This document shows, in pieces, positions 40,336 to 56,041 of a DNA stretch of 64,000 nt (its first letter is position 1; each line of letters begins with the position of its first letter). The stretch comes from Lama glama (taxonomy: Eukaryota): the NCBI GenBank assembly GCA_028534125.1, contig CM052850.1, positions 2,356,001 to 2,420,000 of the forward strand. The letters run 5' to 3'. The notes beneath the pieces were generated by a model, which searched no databases, was not told where the DNA came from, and was given only the letters and a program-made list of their open reading frames with translations. Position numbers and translations under genes: made by a program.

Positions 40336-42020
40336 CTCCCTCTTTCTTTTTCCTTCTTCCTTCCTTTTTTATTCCCATTCTACTTTCCAGTTCTACTGCT
40401 TTTTACTGTGTAATCGTCAAAAAGCGACACAAGTTTTTCTGAACGTCAATGTCCTCATTTAAAATAACAACAACAACAAAAATAATGACAGTCTCTGCCA
40501 GGCCTGTTTCAGAGTCACTGAACACGTCTGTCAGCACGGTACACGACAGGGAATTCTGAAGTCCTGCAGCGCCGTATCAGTGAAAATTCAGGGCGAGTGG
40601 TGCCTTTCATGGTGTGAAAATGCGTGTAGACCTTGAATGAAAATATGGGGGTGAGGGTGGGAAGGAGGCAGACTCTGGGGCCGAATCATCTAGCTAAGCT
40701 TCTAAGTATGTATTCAGCAGCCACCATAATCAGACACGTAACTGGGGACTTAAGTCACAGACAGTTGTCAATACGACAGGCAAGTCATCAAGACGCAGAG
40801 AAACACTTCCCCCTCGTGGCACCGCTTCCCCTCCCCTGCACCCAGCCCAGGGCTAGGCTATTACAAAGGCTTCCTTGACGGTGTGCTTTCTTTCCACTTT
40901 GTCATTTCCCCAAGTCTCAAAACACTCAAAAGGGAGTCAAACAACCCACAATACAGCCAGAGCAATGGGCTCCCTTCAGCTCCTCAAACCATCAAATCAG
41001 TGACTTTTCAAAGAACCACCAGGAGACCAGGAGCAAGCCCCTCCATCAGCCCTTACGATCCTCGGGCCAGAGTCCTGGTTCAAGCGGCCGCCGGACAAAC
41101 CCATGATCAGATAACAGGCTAAGTTTCTCTTCTCTCAGGGAAAGCCATACACACATCTAATTTGAAATGGGAGCTCAAGCTCACACACTGAATAGGTGTG
41201 ACACAGCTGTCACGCGGGTTTATCTGCATCCCGCTGATCTCACTGTAAACGCTGAGCCAAGAGCTGAGGGGTTTGGGGACAGAGGATTATTTTGTTTCCA
41301 GGACACTGAAAAAAAGGGCTAGGTTTGCTTAACGTTCTTGGTGGCAGATGCAAGAATTTGCCAAACAACTATGATTAGTAGTTGAGGAGAAGTAAAAGGA
41401 GGACTCACGGCATGGAAACACAGTCCAACCCCCCTGGAACCCAATTCCAGAAACCCCCTCTCATGCTCTCTCTCACTCCTTCTCTCTCTCACACATACTT
41501 ACACACTTCAGAGGTCATTAGCCTTTGTAAGCTTAAGTACTGAATATTTATTTTTATTGGCAGAAATTACTCTTCACGTAACTACAGGGAAGAGGACAAT
41601 CAGGTACACTCTGTCATCTGCTATGTGCGAGGCCACGAAGGACAGATACTTTCCCATTTGAGTTATAAAATCTTCAGTCTTCTACCAGTAAAGTAGCACC
41701 CAAGGCTGATTAGTCCGATCCTTGTCTTATTCCTTACCAACATACAAACCTTACTAAATTCTAGTGAGACCCAGTGACTGTCACCTCTCAACCACTGACA
41801 GAACTTGGCAGCAACAGAGCTGATGGCTACATGAATACGGAGCTGGGGATCTGGTTTCTTTTGCCCCTTCTCATGACACCCTCACACATTGTCTTGTCTC
41901 TATGGCGGTTTACTGAGCAGTTGAAACAAGCCCACAATTAGATGGGCAGGTGTGTGAACCATTTCTGGAACAGCGGTAACCACCCCCCTCTTCCAACAAG
42001 GCTGGGGACATACCCCCCTA

Positions 42021-42176
<156 letters not shown>

Positions 42177-42545
42177 CTACCAGGAAGAGAAAAGAGGAGA
42201 GAAAGAATCAAACCCTAACGGTGAGAGGGTGACCACGTCACAGAGGCCGGCCGCCTCTCATCCCAGCCACCTCTCATCCCTGCCCTCGGAGGGCGTGCTG
42301 GTGCACGACGGAGGAGGAGAGATGGCCACCGAGTGCTAAGGAGGAGAACACATCCTTGGTAACAGGACAAAACAAACCAAACAAAACAAGACAGGAAAAC
42401 CCAGATCATGCCCCACTGAGGTCACTTATTAGCAAAACAGCCAGTCTTCCTAGAGATTAAGGTGGGAAGGGCATCTATATTTTCTACAGTTAATTTCCTT
42501 ACCATTTTGTAGTCAGTAACTCAAACCTCTCCCAACTCTCTTTTA

Positions 42546-43100
<555 letters not shown>

Positions 43101-43847
43101 CTAGATGGTTAGACGTGGAGGACGGGGCAGGAAGAAGGGCTAGGGCTGGACAAGCAGAAGTAAAAGGGGCAAAAGAAAAGATCCAGACAAAACTACGGGT
43201 GAGACGTCACCTTAAATGAACACACAGGACACTAGAGGGATTCTATCCCTTCGGGCCAGAACTTAATGGTTGTTAATAACGTCCTTTTACACAGCATGTG
43301 GCTGAGACATTCAGGCAGGGAGACGCCTGCAGTCAGAAGTAACACTCTAGGCCCCTGTGCATTCTCGTAACATTTTATTTGCACTTCTCTTACAGCCTCT
43401 AACGACGTCTAGTTCAGTTCTACTATAAAAACAATAACCTCTACAATGTGCCCGTGCGCTTGTTACTAGAAGAGCAGTAATAAGTAAGCAAGTTCCCTGC
43501 CCTTACGGCAAATACACGCCATCGAGGGGCATGGCCATGTAAGCAGATGTCTTAATGTTGTAACGCTGACCGACATCTTTTACCCCCACATCCAGACCTC
43601 GCACTGCATAAAGGTAGAGACTGCATCTTAAACACCTACGTCCCTTCCAGGTCTCTGTGCATCATACCAGGGCATTACACAGAGGAGTAAAAAAAAAAAA
43701 GTTTATTTAAGGACTAATTAGTTAGTCCCATCTTCTCTCTAGAATTGACAAGAAAGTTAAGAACGTTCCGTCTTTCTCCTAACGCGGCTGGCCAGAGAGT
43801 CCTTTCCAGAGCCCCGGCTGCCCCACGCTCCAGGCCACTTGTCCTAC

Positions 43848-44049
43848 CTCATTCTTTTCCAGGCTGCACTCCTCCATCATCTTGTCCCCTTGCTCCTGGA
43901 AGGTGATGATGATGAGAGCCACGAAGATGTTGACGAAGAAGAAAGGGAAGACCACGAAGTAGACCACGTAGAAGATGGACATCTCCATGCGGTTGCTGCG
44001 GCTCGGGCCCCGGTCTTCCTCGGTCACGTCGACGGAGTGCTGCAAGACT
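43848..44049 (-). CDS. CACNA1E: Cav2.3 exon ~30, IIIS6 ([17 protein letters not shown]...EECSLEKNE)
   Basis: 202 nt, ccccag/gtagga, phase 2/0. Confidence 0.96.
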
Positions 44050-44901
44050 CTGGGGACAGACGGAGGGGGCGCGGATGGTGATTGGCAACCTCGGCAGCTG
44101 CTCAGACTCAAGGCTCCATTAGCAGCGGTGCCCCCTATTGTATTTCCTTATCTGGCTTTTTAAACTTTGTGGCTCCTCCATGAATCTGGGGTTCCATAAC
44201 CAAGTTGGTGGAGGTCCAGTGACACCCAATCCACTGCTCTTTCTAGCCCCTGGGCCACCATGCAGCCAACTCCTAAGCACCAGAGTGACTTTTTTATAGT
44301 TGAGGTTGTCATAATGAGTACCAAGAGACTCCTGAATTTCCACTTGGCGTTTTGCTGCCAAGAGAGTACGCTGCCACCAGAAAGTGGCATCTAAGTAACG
44401 GCCAAGTCCCTGAAAAAATCAGCCTGCAGCTACAGGCAGCAGAAGAAACTGCATTCTGTTACCTTCTTCATATGAGGTATGATCACAGAAAGCATCTCTG
44501 GGTTCTGCCAGCTCCTCTTTAACCCTCAATCCTCAGGTCCAGGGCCAACTTGGAGGATAAATCAGTCTCTCACAGTTGTCAGGGACTCTCCTAAGGTGCA
44601 CAGAGCTGTTCAAAACACCTTTGTTCTAGAGGAGCCAGAGGGCTTCACTCAACTCCTCCATCACTGGCTGAAATATTAAGGGTTTCAAATAGTTCCCTGT
44701 CTTTGCCATCTCCCTCTCGATTCCTGCCTGAAGGATTTTCACTCTTCCTCTCTGCGGCCTGTCTCGCCTACTCAGAACCACTCACTTTCCCTGGAACAAA
44801 AACAAAAGGTTCGCCCTGTTCATCTTGAATCAGCTCCTCAAGGCAAGCAGCTGGCCCCAGCCAGCTCCTGGGTAAGCGCTCCAGCTCGAGCCCCGCACTC
44901 A

Positions 44902-45111
<210 letters not shown>

Positions 45112-45553
45112 TCATGTATGGGAGTCACCATCGGCATTCAAACACAAGGAAGGAGTTTCATTAAAGGCAGTGTATTACTGTGGGATAAAAATGGGATTTG
45201 GTGCCCCACAGACATGGACGATAAAATCCTAATCCTTCAGTGATCCCACTGTAACCTTGAGCAACTTCCTTCAACTTTCCAAGCCTCAGCTTCTACAACT
45301 ACGATGTGCAAATGAAACCCATCTCAAAATGTCATTACAAAGATTTAAAATTAAAAACCGATGTCAAATGCCATGGACCCCGTCTGACACAAAAGAGGTA
45401 GTCAATCAAAATTCAACAACTTCTTATGTTGCCTTTTCCCCAAAAGAGCAATGAGGGTGGGAAGAGAGAAAGAACAGACTGTCCACAAAGGGTCGAGCGG
45501 ATCTCATCGGAGCACACATGAAAGAAAGTGAGAGTCCGTGCTGGTGGCACTTA

Positions 45554-45868
<315 letters not shown>

Positions 45869-47941
45869 TCAGCCCCGGCTTCCAAGCTGGTCCTGACTGT
45901 AGGAACCTACCATTCGGGAGGGGAACACACGCTCTGAATCTGAAAGGAAACCCAAGGCAGGAGAGACCAGATGGTACCAGGCAGCCGAGGGAGTCCTCTG
46001 TGGAATCCCATTACGTGCTCTCCACTTAGTGTGAAACACAGACATTCACTGCAGAAAAAGGGGTCCTTGAAATCCTTTAGCCTTTTTCAGGCATTAAATA
46101 GCTTATCCCTAACCTCATGTACGTGGTGATAGTCTTAGATTTGATTTATATACTGAGTAGGTTTTGTTTTCTCTTTGCCTTTCTAAATGGATCAGAGAGT
46201 AATTAAATAATAAATTATCATCTTTGCTCATTTTAATGATGATCTTGTAACAAGTTCATACACTTCCTCCAATTATGTTTGACAGTTCACATAACTGTTC
46301 TCTAGCTTCAAGCTGCTGTGAGGGGTACAGATTCAACAGGTGGCGGCGGAGCTGGGTGAGAGCCGCCCCTCTTAGAGCTGGGAGGACCATGTGGGGGGAT
46401 CAGGGACTTGCACTTCAGGTCAAGGCGGTGGGACTTCAGCTATATGATATACCCTAGGCCCTAAGCGCTGAGAGATATGTGGGAATTCAACACAGTTGAA
46501 GCCATTTTTAGGTTATTTGCTAGGTTTTTAGGTTTAAGCTCACTGGCGAGCCTAGCCCCACAGTGGTGCTACACTTGTGTGCTTGCTTCTTCGCAGCGCT
46601 GGGCAAACACTGCCCGTTTAACTAGTTCAGCATCACAGGGAATGAGTGACACGCAGCATTGTGGAATTCTCGGAGGCACCGACATTGCCCTCAGGTGATG
46701 GAGCTGCAGAGAGAGGAGCCCGTGCTTCCTAATGTGTTGGAAATAACCAGGGTGGAGTCGCCTTCTCCAGCCTGTTAACGAATCTCATCACGCTCCTCTG
46801 GGGACCCCAGTCTAGCTCAGAGGAGACGAAACCACTGGACCTGGGCTGCAGCAACGGCAGTGGTGAGACCCCAGGCCTCCCGACCATACTTTGCTGGGAG
46901 CGAGGCAGACAGGAATGGACGTCCATGGGCAATGACCCAGCCCAGGCTCTACGCTGGGCCCCCCAAACTGTGGGAGACGCCTCATCCGGGGCGGAAGGTG
47001 GAGAGCAGGCAGTGAGGACACCCCCTTTGGTGCACAAGTACCTTTCCCCGGAATTCCGTGCAGACGGCCAGGGCTCTGGGCTCTGAGAGGACGCCAGGTC
47101 TCAGCCAGTGAGGGGCTTTTCAAAAGTGACTTTCCTGCGTTCTGATGCCTTTGGTAAACCTAGCTGGTTTGCCGCCTCTCTGTAGAAACAGAGGGCTGAA
47201 GGGCGGCGGGGGAGGTGGGGAGGGATTGCTGGGGAGGATCAGAGGTTGTGCAAACTCAATGGGAAAGAAGAACTGGGAACACGGAGAGGCCCCTGGTCCC
47301 TCCCTGATGGTGGCTGGCTCTCATTCACAGGATCTGGGGGAGGAGGAACTTTTTTCCCCGTGAGGCTTAGCTTCCAGATCAGTGATGTGGGGGGAGGCGG
47401 GTTCAACGTGCTAGCCAACTTGAATGGTAAAGCACGCCCTCTGAGGGCAGGGAGGCTCAGGCAAGGCGCTCAGGGGCGGGTGAGCAGGGAGGGCGCTGGC
47501 TGGGAGCAGAAGAACCAAGGTAACGTTGTCTTGGCAACAAGAACTTAGTTCATGTCAGCTTACTTCCCTGCTTCTTCTCTGCAGCGGCCAAAAATGCCTG
47601 TGTCCTTGGGCAGTTACTGACCTATCTGTGCCTCAGAAATACAAAGGGCCAGGGCCAGAAGATCCTTTCGCTTTACAGAATTATGAGGAAAGAAACCCTC
47701 CCAGGCTGCCTGGTCTGATCTCGTGTGCAGACCACCATGGAGGGCTCCGGCCGCCCCCACCTCAGGGTTCTGGGTCCGCCTGAGTGGCACAGGGGGCGCT
47801 GGGACAATGCCACACAGGGTTCCTCCTAGATGACCTGGCGCAGCGTGTATAACCCCTCCTGGGTTTGGACTCAGAGGCAAGAACCTCCTTGTAGATCTGG
47901 GATATTGGTTATTTTCCTTTGAAACTGAGACCTTCAGCTCA

Positions 47942-48244
<303 letters not shown>

Positions 48245-49828
48245 TTAACAACGGCAGGGGAGAGGGCGAGAGAGGTAGGCAAGAGGCCAGAGGAGACTCG
48301 TTTAGGGAGACCCCCCCAAAAAACACGCTCCAGGAAAAATTTTTCAATGACTCCCAGGGTGCACACACTCATATGCACACACACCCCCACATGCACGTAC
48401 ACACCCACGTACACTCAGAGGCACACAGAGAGGCACCCGTGCGCACACGGTAATCAACACGTCCTCTCCCTAACAGCCATCACCACACTGGCCAAGTGCA
48501 AATGCAAGGCGGGTGGACTAGAGAACACGACCGTGGCGTACTGCAGAGCCTCACGGTGCCTGGTCTAGGAAGTCTTCACCGAGGCTCCCAAATGATGTCT
48601 GAATTGAACAGGGAGCTACGGTGGAGATCAAGTCTCATCAGGGGACTCAACCTAGTCCTGTCTTTGGCTCTAGGTTTGTCACCTCTGCACTGTTCACTAG
48701 GTCAGGGGAGACCATGGTGAGGAAGCCCGGTGGGGCACAGGACACTTGTGCTGTGCTGGGCTGCGTGCTCCAGGGAGACCATGTCATGCAGGCTTCTTGC
48801 CAGGACCTGGCTCACACCCAGATTCTCTGTGCGGCTGGCTCTCCCTGTGGTCCCCTCCCTTTTCCAGCCCCCCTGCACCCAGCACAAGCTGCAGAGAGCC
48901 TTACAGCGGGAGGAGACCCGAACCGCAGCCCCTGCCCACCTCCATCCTTGCCCTGCAGCTAACGACCCTCCCTATTCAGCCCCTTAGAAATGTTTCTCCT
49001 AGTAGATAAAATACACTTCTCTCTATTTTTAGGGAGGAAATGAATAAATCGGCCTGCATTTCTCTCTCCACCCTGAGCATCCCCTGAGATCCTCGCATTC
49101 AAGTCAAACAACTGCAATTTGTCAAAGACGCAGATGGTAGGAAATGAGAGTCTAAGTAGTGAGCTCAGGCTCTGGTTCTGTCCTCACGGTGGCCCCAATT
49201 ACCATAACACCAGCTCTCCCAGGAAACGCGAGCCGTCCAGGACATCAGATGGAAGCTGCAAGGCTTCGGCCTGTTTTTGACCCTGTCCTTCTTGCCATCC
49301 CTACCCCCGCGACGGGAGTTCAGGGGCCCTCTTCTCTTTCATACAAAGCAAGGTAGGAAGACACTGAATGTAACCAAAGAATGCTGACTTTCCCCAGAAC
49401 GTGAATTTTAAGACCCTCTTAAATGGTTACAGGCCATGGCCGACAAGTCACTTTTACTCAGCCCTAGATCTGCATGTAGATAATCCAAAGTACCACGTTG
49501 ATAACAGTGGCTGTTTGCATCCATGGGCTTTGTATATTTAAAGAACTCTTTTACTCTATTAAGTTCATCTATCTACCTGTCTAAAAAGGCATCAGCCAAG
49601 CCAAATACATCTCCAAACCAGAAAGAGTCATCAGCTTCCCAAGAAGGCTTGGTGACCCCTGATTTTTCTCTTCTTGGACAGCCATGGAAACACACCACTC
49701 ATAGAAACTCACCCCTCCCTTCTCGACGAGCCGGCTCCTTCCCTCCCAATCTTACTTTCTCCATCCTCCACCCATCCCTATATACATATTTTTTTACTTC
49801 AAAGAAAATTGAAGGAAAAAATATTTAC

Positions 49829-49840
49829 CCCAAAGCATTC
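49829..49840 (-). CDS. CACNA1E: Cav2.3 12-nt microexon ~26 in the IIIS3-S4 loop (GAATGCTTTGGG, adds NALG)
   Basis: ccatag|GAATGCTTTGGG|gtaaat; phase 2/2 matches the flanking exons and restores ...FALANALGTNKG as I recall it in Cav2.3. Confidence 0.9.
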
Positions 49841-50629
49841 CTATGGAGGATCCAAGCAGAAAGCAGGTTAGGAAAAAAAAAGGAGTGGAGAGAAAGGAGA
49901 TAGTCAGTAAACTTCAGGGAGAGATGAGAACTCGACAAGGACGACGGGAAACCGGAGAAGCCCAGGTGCCTGAGAAACCCCGCTTACAGCCTTGGCACTT
50001 ACAGTCCACACGCCAGGGGAGGGGAAGGGCCCGCGCCCTCTGCTCCACACCCACCCCTCCAACCTGCAAAGCCCCTAGTCAAGCATGGGAACCCTGCCTC
50101 TAACTAGATGGCATTTCCCCATTTATTCCACGGAGCCTGGTGTAATGGACGTTTTCTAAATGTAGGCTTTCATTTCCAGTTCCTTGGTAGTCTTCAGAGG
50201 AACTCTTTGTTTGCAGTGAATTTATACGGAACCAGGCAAGAGGAATTAGGCCTACTCTGGGCCAGAAACCACCTCTTGGGCAAGGCGTCTCCAGTCCTAG
50301 TGGAGTATCTACGTGTAGGAAGGACTTCATTTGAAGGGGGGACACGCAACCACCGTGAGAGGGCTACTCTGACGTCTCTCAAAAGCGTGGACAGACCACG
50401 GCGTAAAACCACCTTGACATATGGGGAGGCGCTGTTTGTCAAGGTCTTGATGTCACCCAAAGGGATGCCCTTTGATAAATTATATGACCATCTGTCCTTC
50501 ATGCAGCTTGAAGAAATACCATCTCAGCTCTACTGGTGAGGCTTACCCAGGACAAAAACAAAGGTGAGAGCAAAAATAGAAAACAACTGAGATAGAAAGC
50601 ATGAGAACTAACTTTTAAAATATATATTC

Positions 50630-50790
50630 TGTGTTAAGCGCTTTAAGTGCAACTCTTTATGTGGCCCTCCTGATAACTTTAGGGCCAAGGTGCCAGTGTC
50701 TCGAGCTCACAGATGAGATTCTGAGAGTCAGGGCGAGCTGGGACTTGAACTCAGGTCTGTAGGCTGCTCAGAGCTCTTGCTCCACACCAC
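50630..50790 (-). mobile_element. MIR SINE fragment
   Basis: cacagatgagattctgag...gagctgggacttgaactcaggtctgt. Confidence 0.55.
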
Positions 50791-53457
50791 TAAGCTTTCG
50801 CACCAGCAGGTTTTGGTTCTAAGCTCTGCCAAACACGTCACCAAATTCCAGAGCTGGAAGGGATCCCCAACATCCACTTAAGTGCAAAGGAAACTGCGGC
50901 CCCAGGAAGATGTGCCATGCATCACACGGTGAGCAAGCTGCAGGGCCACGGGTGAACGGGCCTGCTGCTCTGAAGTATCTAGAATTCAGGCTTCACTTCT
51001 TAGCTGTTGGTTGTAGCTAAAAAGGGTATTTTTTTCCTCCCTTCCTTTCCTTACACGGTTTAATATACCACAAACCTATGTTACACCAACATATGCCACA
51101 GCAAAGACTCCTTTCTAATGACCATTTTATTCAGCGAATGATCCGACATTCAAAATCATATTGACTTTCACTGTAAATACCAAATGAATGACGGTTTGAG
51201 AATTAAACCCAAGGCTTTATAAACCTTAAGTCCCTCACATGAGAATCTCCAAATATGCAGAAGGCAGAGGGCCTATCTTCCCCCGAGTCACAACAGGGGC
51301 CTCTTACGCATGAGACTGAGCACGCGGTCGGCCAGCCCAGTTCAGCTTCGCCCTTCCATGCAATAGCATTGCCGGAGTCTTGGTATGTCTCTGGTGCTGT
51401 TCTAGGTGCTGGATACACTTCTGTGAATACAACAAATGAGGTCCCTACTTTCTTGGACCTGACCTAATCTAGTAGGGAAGACAGGCCTCAAGTAAACAAG
51501 CAAACAAATTAAAGTATAATTGCAAGCTAAATGCCATGGGAAAAAAAACGGAATTATCTGATTGAAAAATTTTACCAAAACAACTACACAGGTCACCTTC
51601 TTTTCCCCAGGCTACATTCATCTCAAGGAAAGGCTAAGGGAGACCTTTCCATATCCCTGAAATGGAATCAATGGATGGGCAGGTGATCCGGGGTCACACA
51701 TACCAGGCGTCCAGCTTCTGCTGAGCCTGGGTCCTTAACCCCAAAACTCTGACATCCAGTAGCATCAGTGGGTTCTCAGAGGTTCACATTCACAGATGCC
51801 CACCGTAGGAAGGAAGGACACACCTGGTTAAAGGCCAGAATTTGCTCTCTACAATTAATTTTGCCCTGGGAGCCTCATAAAATATAATGCTATGGAACAA
51901 AGGGGATCTCTGACCATTGTGTGTGTGTGTGTGTCCCTTGTTTTGGAAAGTGGAGTTCTTTGATGGTACACTCTGATCTTAACAGCTGACTGTGGCTGCC
52001 AACGTATGGGGTACGGGGCTATTTGTCCCATTCAGACCCCCACAGATTTGAGCCCAGGATAGTAATCAGACACAGGCCAAAAGTAAAATTAAAATTAGTC
52101 ACTGCTCTGCGTATCTTTCAAACAGTTCTCTTACTGCAGAGGGGCCACTGAAAAGCCATGATTTTGAGTGGTTACAAAAGAACATGCTTACGCTCTCAAT
52201 TTTCTCCAACATATGTTCGGTCCAGATTTGAAAACTGCCATTAAAAATGAAAGGAATACTGGATAACCAAGCCACAGAGTCAGGAAAAGCTGCAACACTT
52301 TGGACCCCATTAATTAAAATATATCCTAAGTGTTCACACGGGCTAGGTTGGACGACCTCTCCCAAACCCCCGCATGCAAGAGTCATTAAGCCACTATCCA
52401 AGTCAACAAGATTGCAAGGGAGACGTTTTTTCCAACTAAGAGGACAAACTCTTCAAGGACTTCAACTGAGGCACACTGATTTAGAAAAAATTCAGGAGCT
52501 TTTTACAAATCATTTAAATATAATCATTTGATAACACTTTGCTAGTCTTTGCTACTAAACATATAACCAGATTTTGTTTTTTACACTCCCTAGCTAATTA
52601 GCGAAATTTTATCAGGTTTACAAATTGACTCTAAGGTTAAAATCTGAGGATAATAATTTCACAGGCGCAGCTGTACTGCCCCACTTTAATGGGGGCTCCA
52701 CTGGGCTCACCCTTTCCCCATTTATTTCCTACTTATTTGTTAAGTTCTTGGCTGCTCTCCAGGAAGAAAAATGCCACGTTCCTCTTATGCCTCATCAGCT
52801 AAAAAATGAGAATTTTCCAGCTCAATTGTCGAGTTGCCCTCCAGATCTTTCATGTGTAATCACTCAGCATTCACTGTAATCTTTCTTTTCAGCTTCTAGG
52901 CCCCCCTTTCTCAAAGGACATGCTCTCAAATTGATTTCTGCTGGGAACTGATTCTCTTTCCATGGGGGCCAGAGCCAGAACACTGGGTTGTGAAGAGTCC
53001 TTCTTCCTTGTAAGTGGAATGACCTTCTGCCCTCCCCCCACTGCCCCCCCCCCCCAGGGTGGGAGGGAACGGCACAGGGCTGGGAAGGAATCTCTTGCAT
53101 TAGGGAAAAGGACAGGCTTGCTGGACTGTAAAGGGGGGCGGAGGGCTTAAGACGTGAGGAGCCCTGAGCATCGCTGAGTGTCTGGACCATGACTTGGTAG
53201 TCAAGAAGAACTCCCATTCCTTATGCACTTACTAAGTGTTTGGGCCTATATTGGACACTGAGTATGTTTTAGCTTGTTTAATTCTTACAAGACCAAAATA
53301 CAGCTATGTTTAATTTCTACTTACAGATGAGCAAGTATAGGTTCAGAGAGATAAGACAGCTAATAGTTAACAGTGCTGAGTTTACTTTACTCTGAAACCT
53401 ATGCTCTTATTTAGAACGTTACAAAGCCTTTTCACATGGGCACCGCTGGAGGGTTTT

Positions 53458-53594
53458 TATTTATTTTTGGCGGGGGGGAGATAATTAGGTTTACTTATTT
53501 GTTTGTTTGTTTTTAGTGGAGGTACTGGGGATTGAACCCAGGACCTTGTGCATGCTAAGCATGTGCTCTACCACTGAGCTGTACCCTCCTCCCT
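53458..53594 (-). mobile_element. tRNA-Ala-derived SINE (camelid vic-1-like) with TSD
   Basis: Minus strand reads gggaggagggtacagctcagtggtagagcacatgcttagcatgcacaaggtcctgggttcaatccccagtacc (A/B boxes, AGC anticodon) plus an A-rich tail; TSD acc(g/a)ctggagggtttt at 53442-53457 and 53595-53610. Confidence 0.88.
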
Positions 53595-56041
53595 ACCACT
53601 GGAGGGTTTTAAACAAAGACGGAAACAGCAAAAGAAACCAGCAGCTCCCGAGCTGGTCCGAGCGCATCAACTGCCCATCTATCAGTATCCTCTATCAGTC
53701 TAGGGTCTGTGAGGGCTCATGGGAAGAAAAAGATACAGATGCAACAAGACGAACAAGGTCAAGGACGCCTTCTCCTTCTGGCCCCTAGGACTTGTCTGTC
53801 TCCAGGTGGAGACAGAGGAACTGCAGGATGAGGGTAGGTCCGTACCAAGCCACTACGCTGAGTTTACAGAGGTGAGCCACTTAGAACTAAGCAGAACGTC
53901 AGGGGCAGAAGGGAGCTTAATGTAATGGAGAAAGCCTGGAACTTGAAATCAAACTTACCAGTGGTCTAAGAACTGGCTCTTCTACAGAACTAGTCAAATG
54001 AGCCAAACTAGTCAAACCTCGGGCAATCCATTTCTCTCCTGCAAAGCAGGACTGCTGAGTGCCAAGTGGAATACAGAACGTGAAAGCACTTTCAAAGTTC
54101 TAAAGACCCATGGAGGTGAGGAGGCAGTTTTCCCCTTTGCACCGGCAGTGCTCGTCTCTGGAAACAGAACTCTTCAGGACCCGCTGGCAAGGCTAGTTCA
54201 TCTGTGTGAAGAATCTAAATCCGGCACTTTGAACTTGTCACTGCTGGCTGCTGATGTGGGGATGGTTCTTCTTCCTGACCCATACCCCCAGCATCTCTTG
54301 GGGCCACCCATGAGCCCTAAATCCTTTAGAACTCTGCCATCTTTCCCTGTTCTGGGACCGGAGCACTCGCTCTATTCTAAGTGGTTAGTGTACAGTCCTT
54401 TGCTTGTTGCATATGGACCTCAGTGAGCTCCTGGTACACACTCATCACTGCCTTTGCAAACTTTCTCCTTTGCAAAACACAGCGCTATACTTTTACTGGA
54501 AGGTATTTTTGTCCAAGCACTAAGAAACAGCAAGAGACAGCAAAGCACCTGTCTCCTAGCAGTACTGTTATTCATTCTGGTGAACAGTCACCTGATTCGT
54601 CTTGCTTCTTAGTCTTCATATTCTAAATATACCCAAAGACCCCCTCAGCTGCTGATCTTTCTAAGAAGGCCATGGTGCCGGCTGCAGTCCAGCCAATACA
54701 CTCCCCCAGCTGGAGACTAATTCATAATGCTACGCTGTGCCTCTGCGAGTGTGGATTAAGCAGATGGCTGACAGTCCACATGGTCTGAGCTGATACTTCC
54801 CAAGTCCCATCATGAAATCTTCTGACCCAAATTACTCTAAAACCTTCTTTTAAATCTGGAGGGCACAGTGACGGGTTTCTGCTAATCCTGCAGGACCGGG
54901 CTCTTCCCACGGTGGCAAAGCCTCGCCTTCTGTGCAGGGTGCTTTTTGCATCTGAATCTGATTAGCCAAATTGTTGGTTATCATGTGGATGGGGCCATGT
55001 TCTCCGATTGGACCCTTTCATTTTGTTTGGTTCTATGGCCACGGGCTGAAATCCTATTTACAACCAACCATCTCCCAAATTTGTGCTTGTTAAAAGAAGG
55101 CCAATCCCTGGGCATTCACACTCGTTACCTCCATGAGATAAAGGTCTCTGAGTGCACATTTTCCACGGGGTTCCCCAGCGGAACCAATGGCACGTGTAAC
55201 AAACAATGCTTTTTCCAGTGTCCATCAAAAAACATGCACGCTGGGGCAGGAAGACTGGGAACTTACCCCTTCCTTTCAGACACTCTCTCCATGCAGCTCC
55301 CACTCTGACCCTTCTTATTCCCTCCCAAACCCCATCTGCAAGGCAGCTAGGGTATAAAATACAGCAGTGGGAACCCCAGGGGTCCCTCCCTGGGCACAAA
55401 GTCAGATAAAGTCATCCTCACCAGCGAGGTGACCCCTAAGGCTGAAGTCTCAAGCAATGACATCCTTCTGTGTGCTCGCTGCTGGAAATTTCCAATTCCA
55501 GCCCAGCCAGCATCCTAAATCCACAGTTAATGGGCTACCTGACGGCTAAATTTAATTTTCATCTTTCATTCTCTTCCACAGAGCAGTGGAACTGGATGAC
55601 CTGTCTGGCGCGGTGCTAAATGGGTCTTCTTTGCATGAAGCAGGACTTCGTCCACTGTTTTCCCCCATAAGATTAATGTGTAGTCATAGCTCCCTGTGGG
55701 AGACACCCCCTTCAGTTTTAAAAGAACGGGGGCTGTCAAGAAAGGAGCCCCAAAGGCAAAGCCTGAGGCTTGCGGGCCCTGCCTTAGACACAGGCAGGCA
55801 GCGAAGAACAGGAGGAAGGGTCAGGCAGGGGTCAGGTGAGATGTGGGTTCTACTGTTACCGCGCTCTGCCGTGTGTGAGCACACACCGGCACTTCAGTTC
55901 TAAACAGTCACTCCCTTCTCGTGGGCACGTTCCCACCTTCGCAAACACAAAGCTCAAATGCAAAACCAGAACCAGAGTACCATATTCTGGGGCTCCTTAG
56001 GGACCTTCCAAATCTAAAATTGTCTGTGTTTGTGTATTTCA

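Noticed and set aside
50194-50502. ORF containing GDIKTL, resembling exon ~27 RDIKTI (possible duplicated S4 exon)
   Set aside because: Similarity covers only a few residues, with no S4 periodicity in register and no matching splice sites
53515-53594. tRNA-Ala gene (also 59325-59397)
   Set aside because: The tRNA-like head continues into a SINE body and A-rich tail flanked by TSDs, so these are SINE copies
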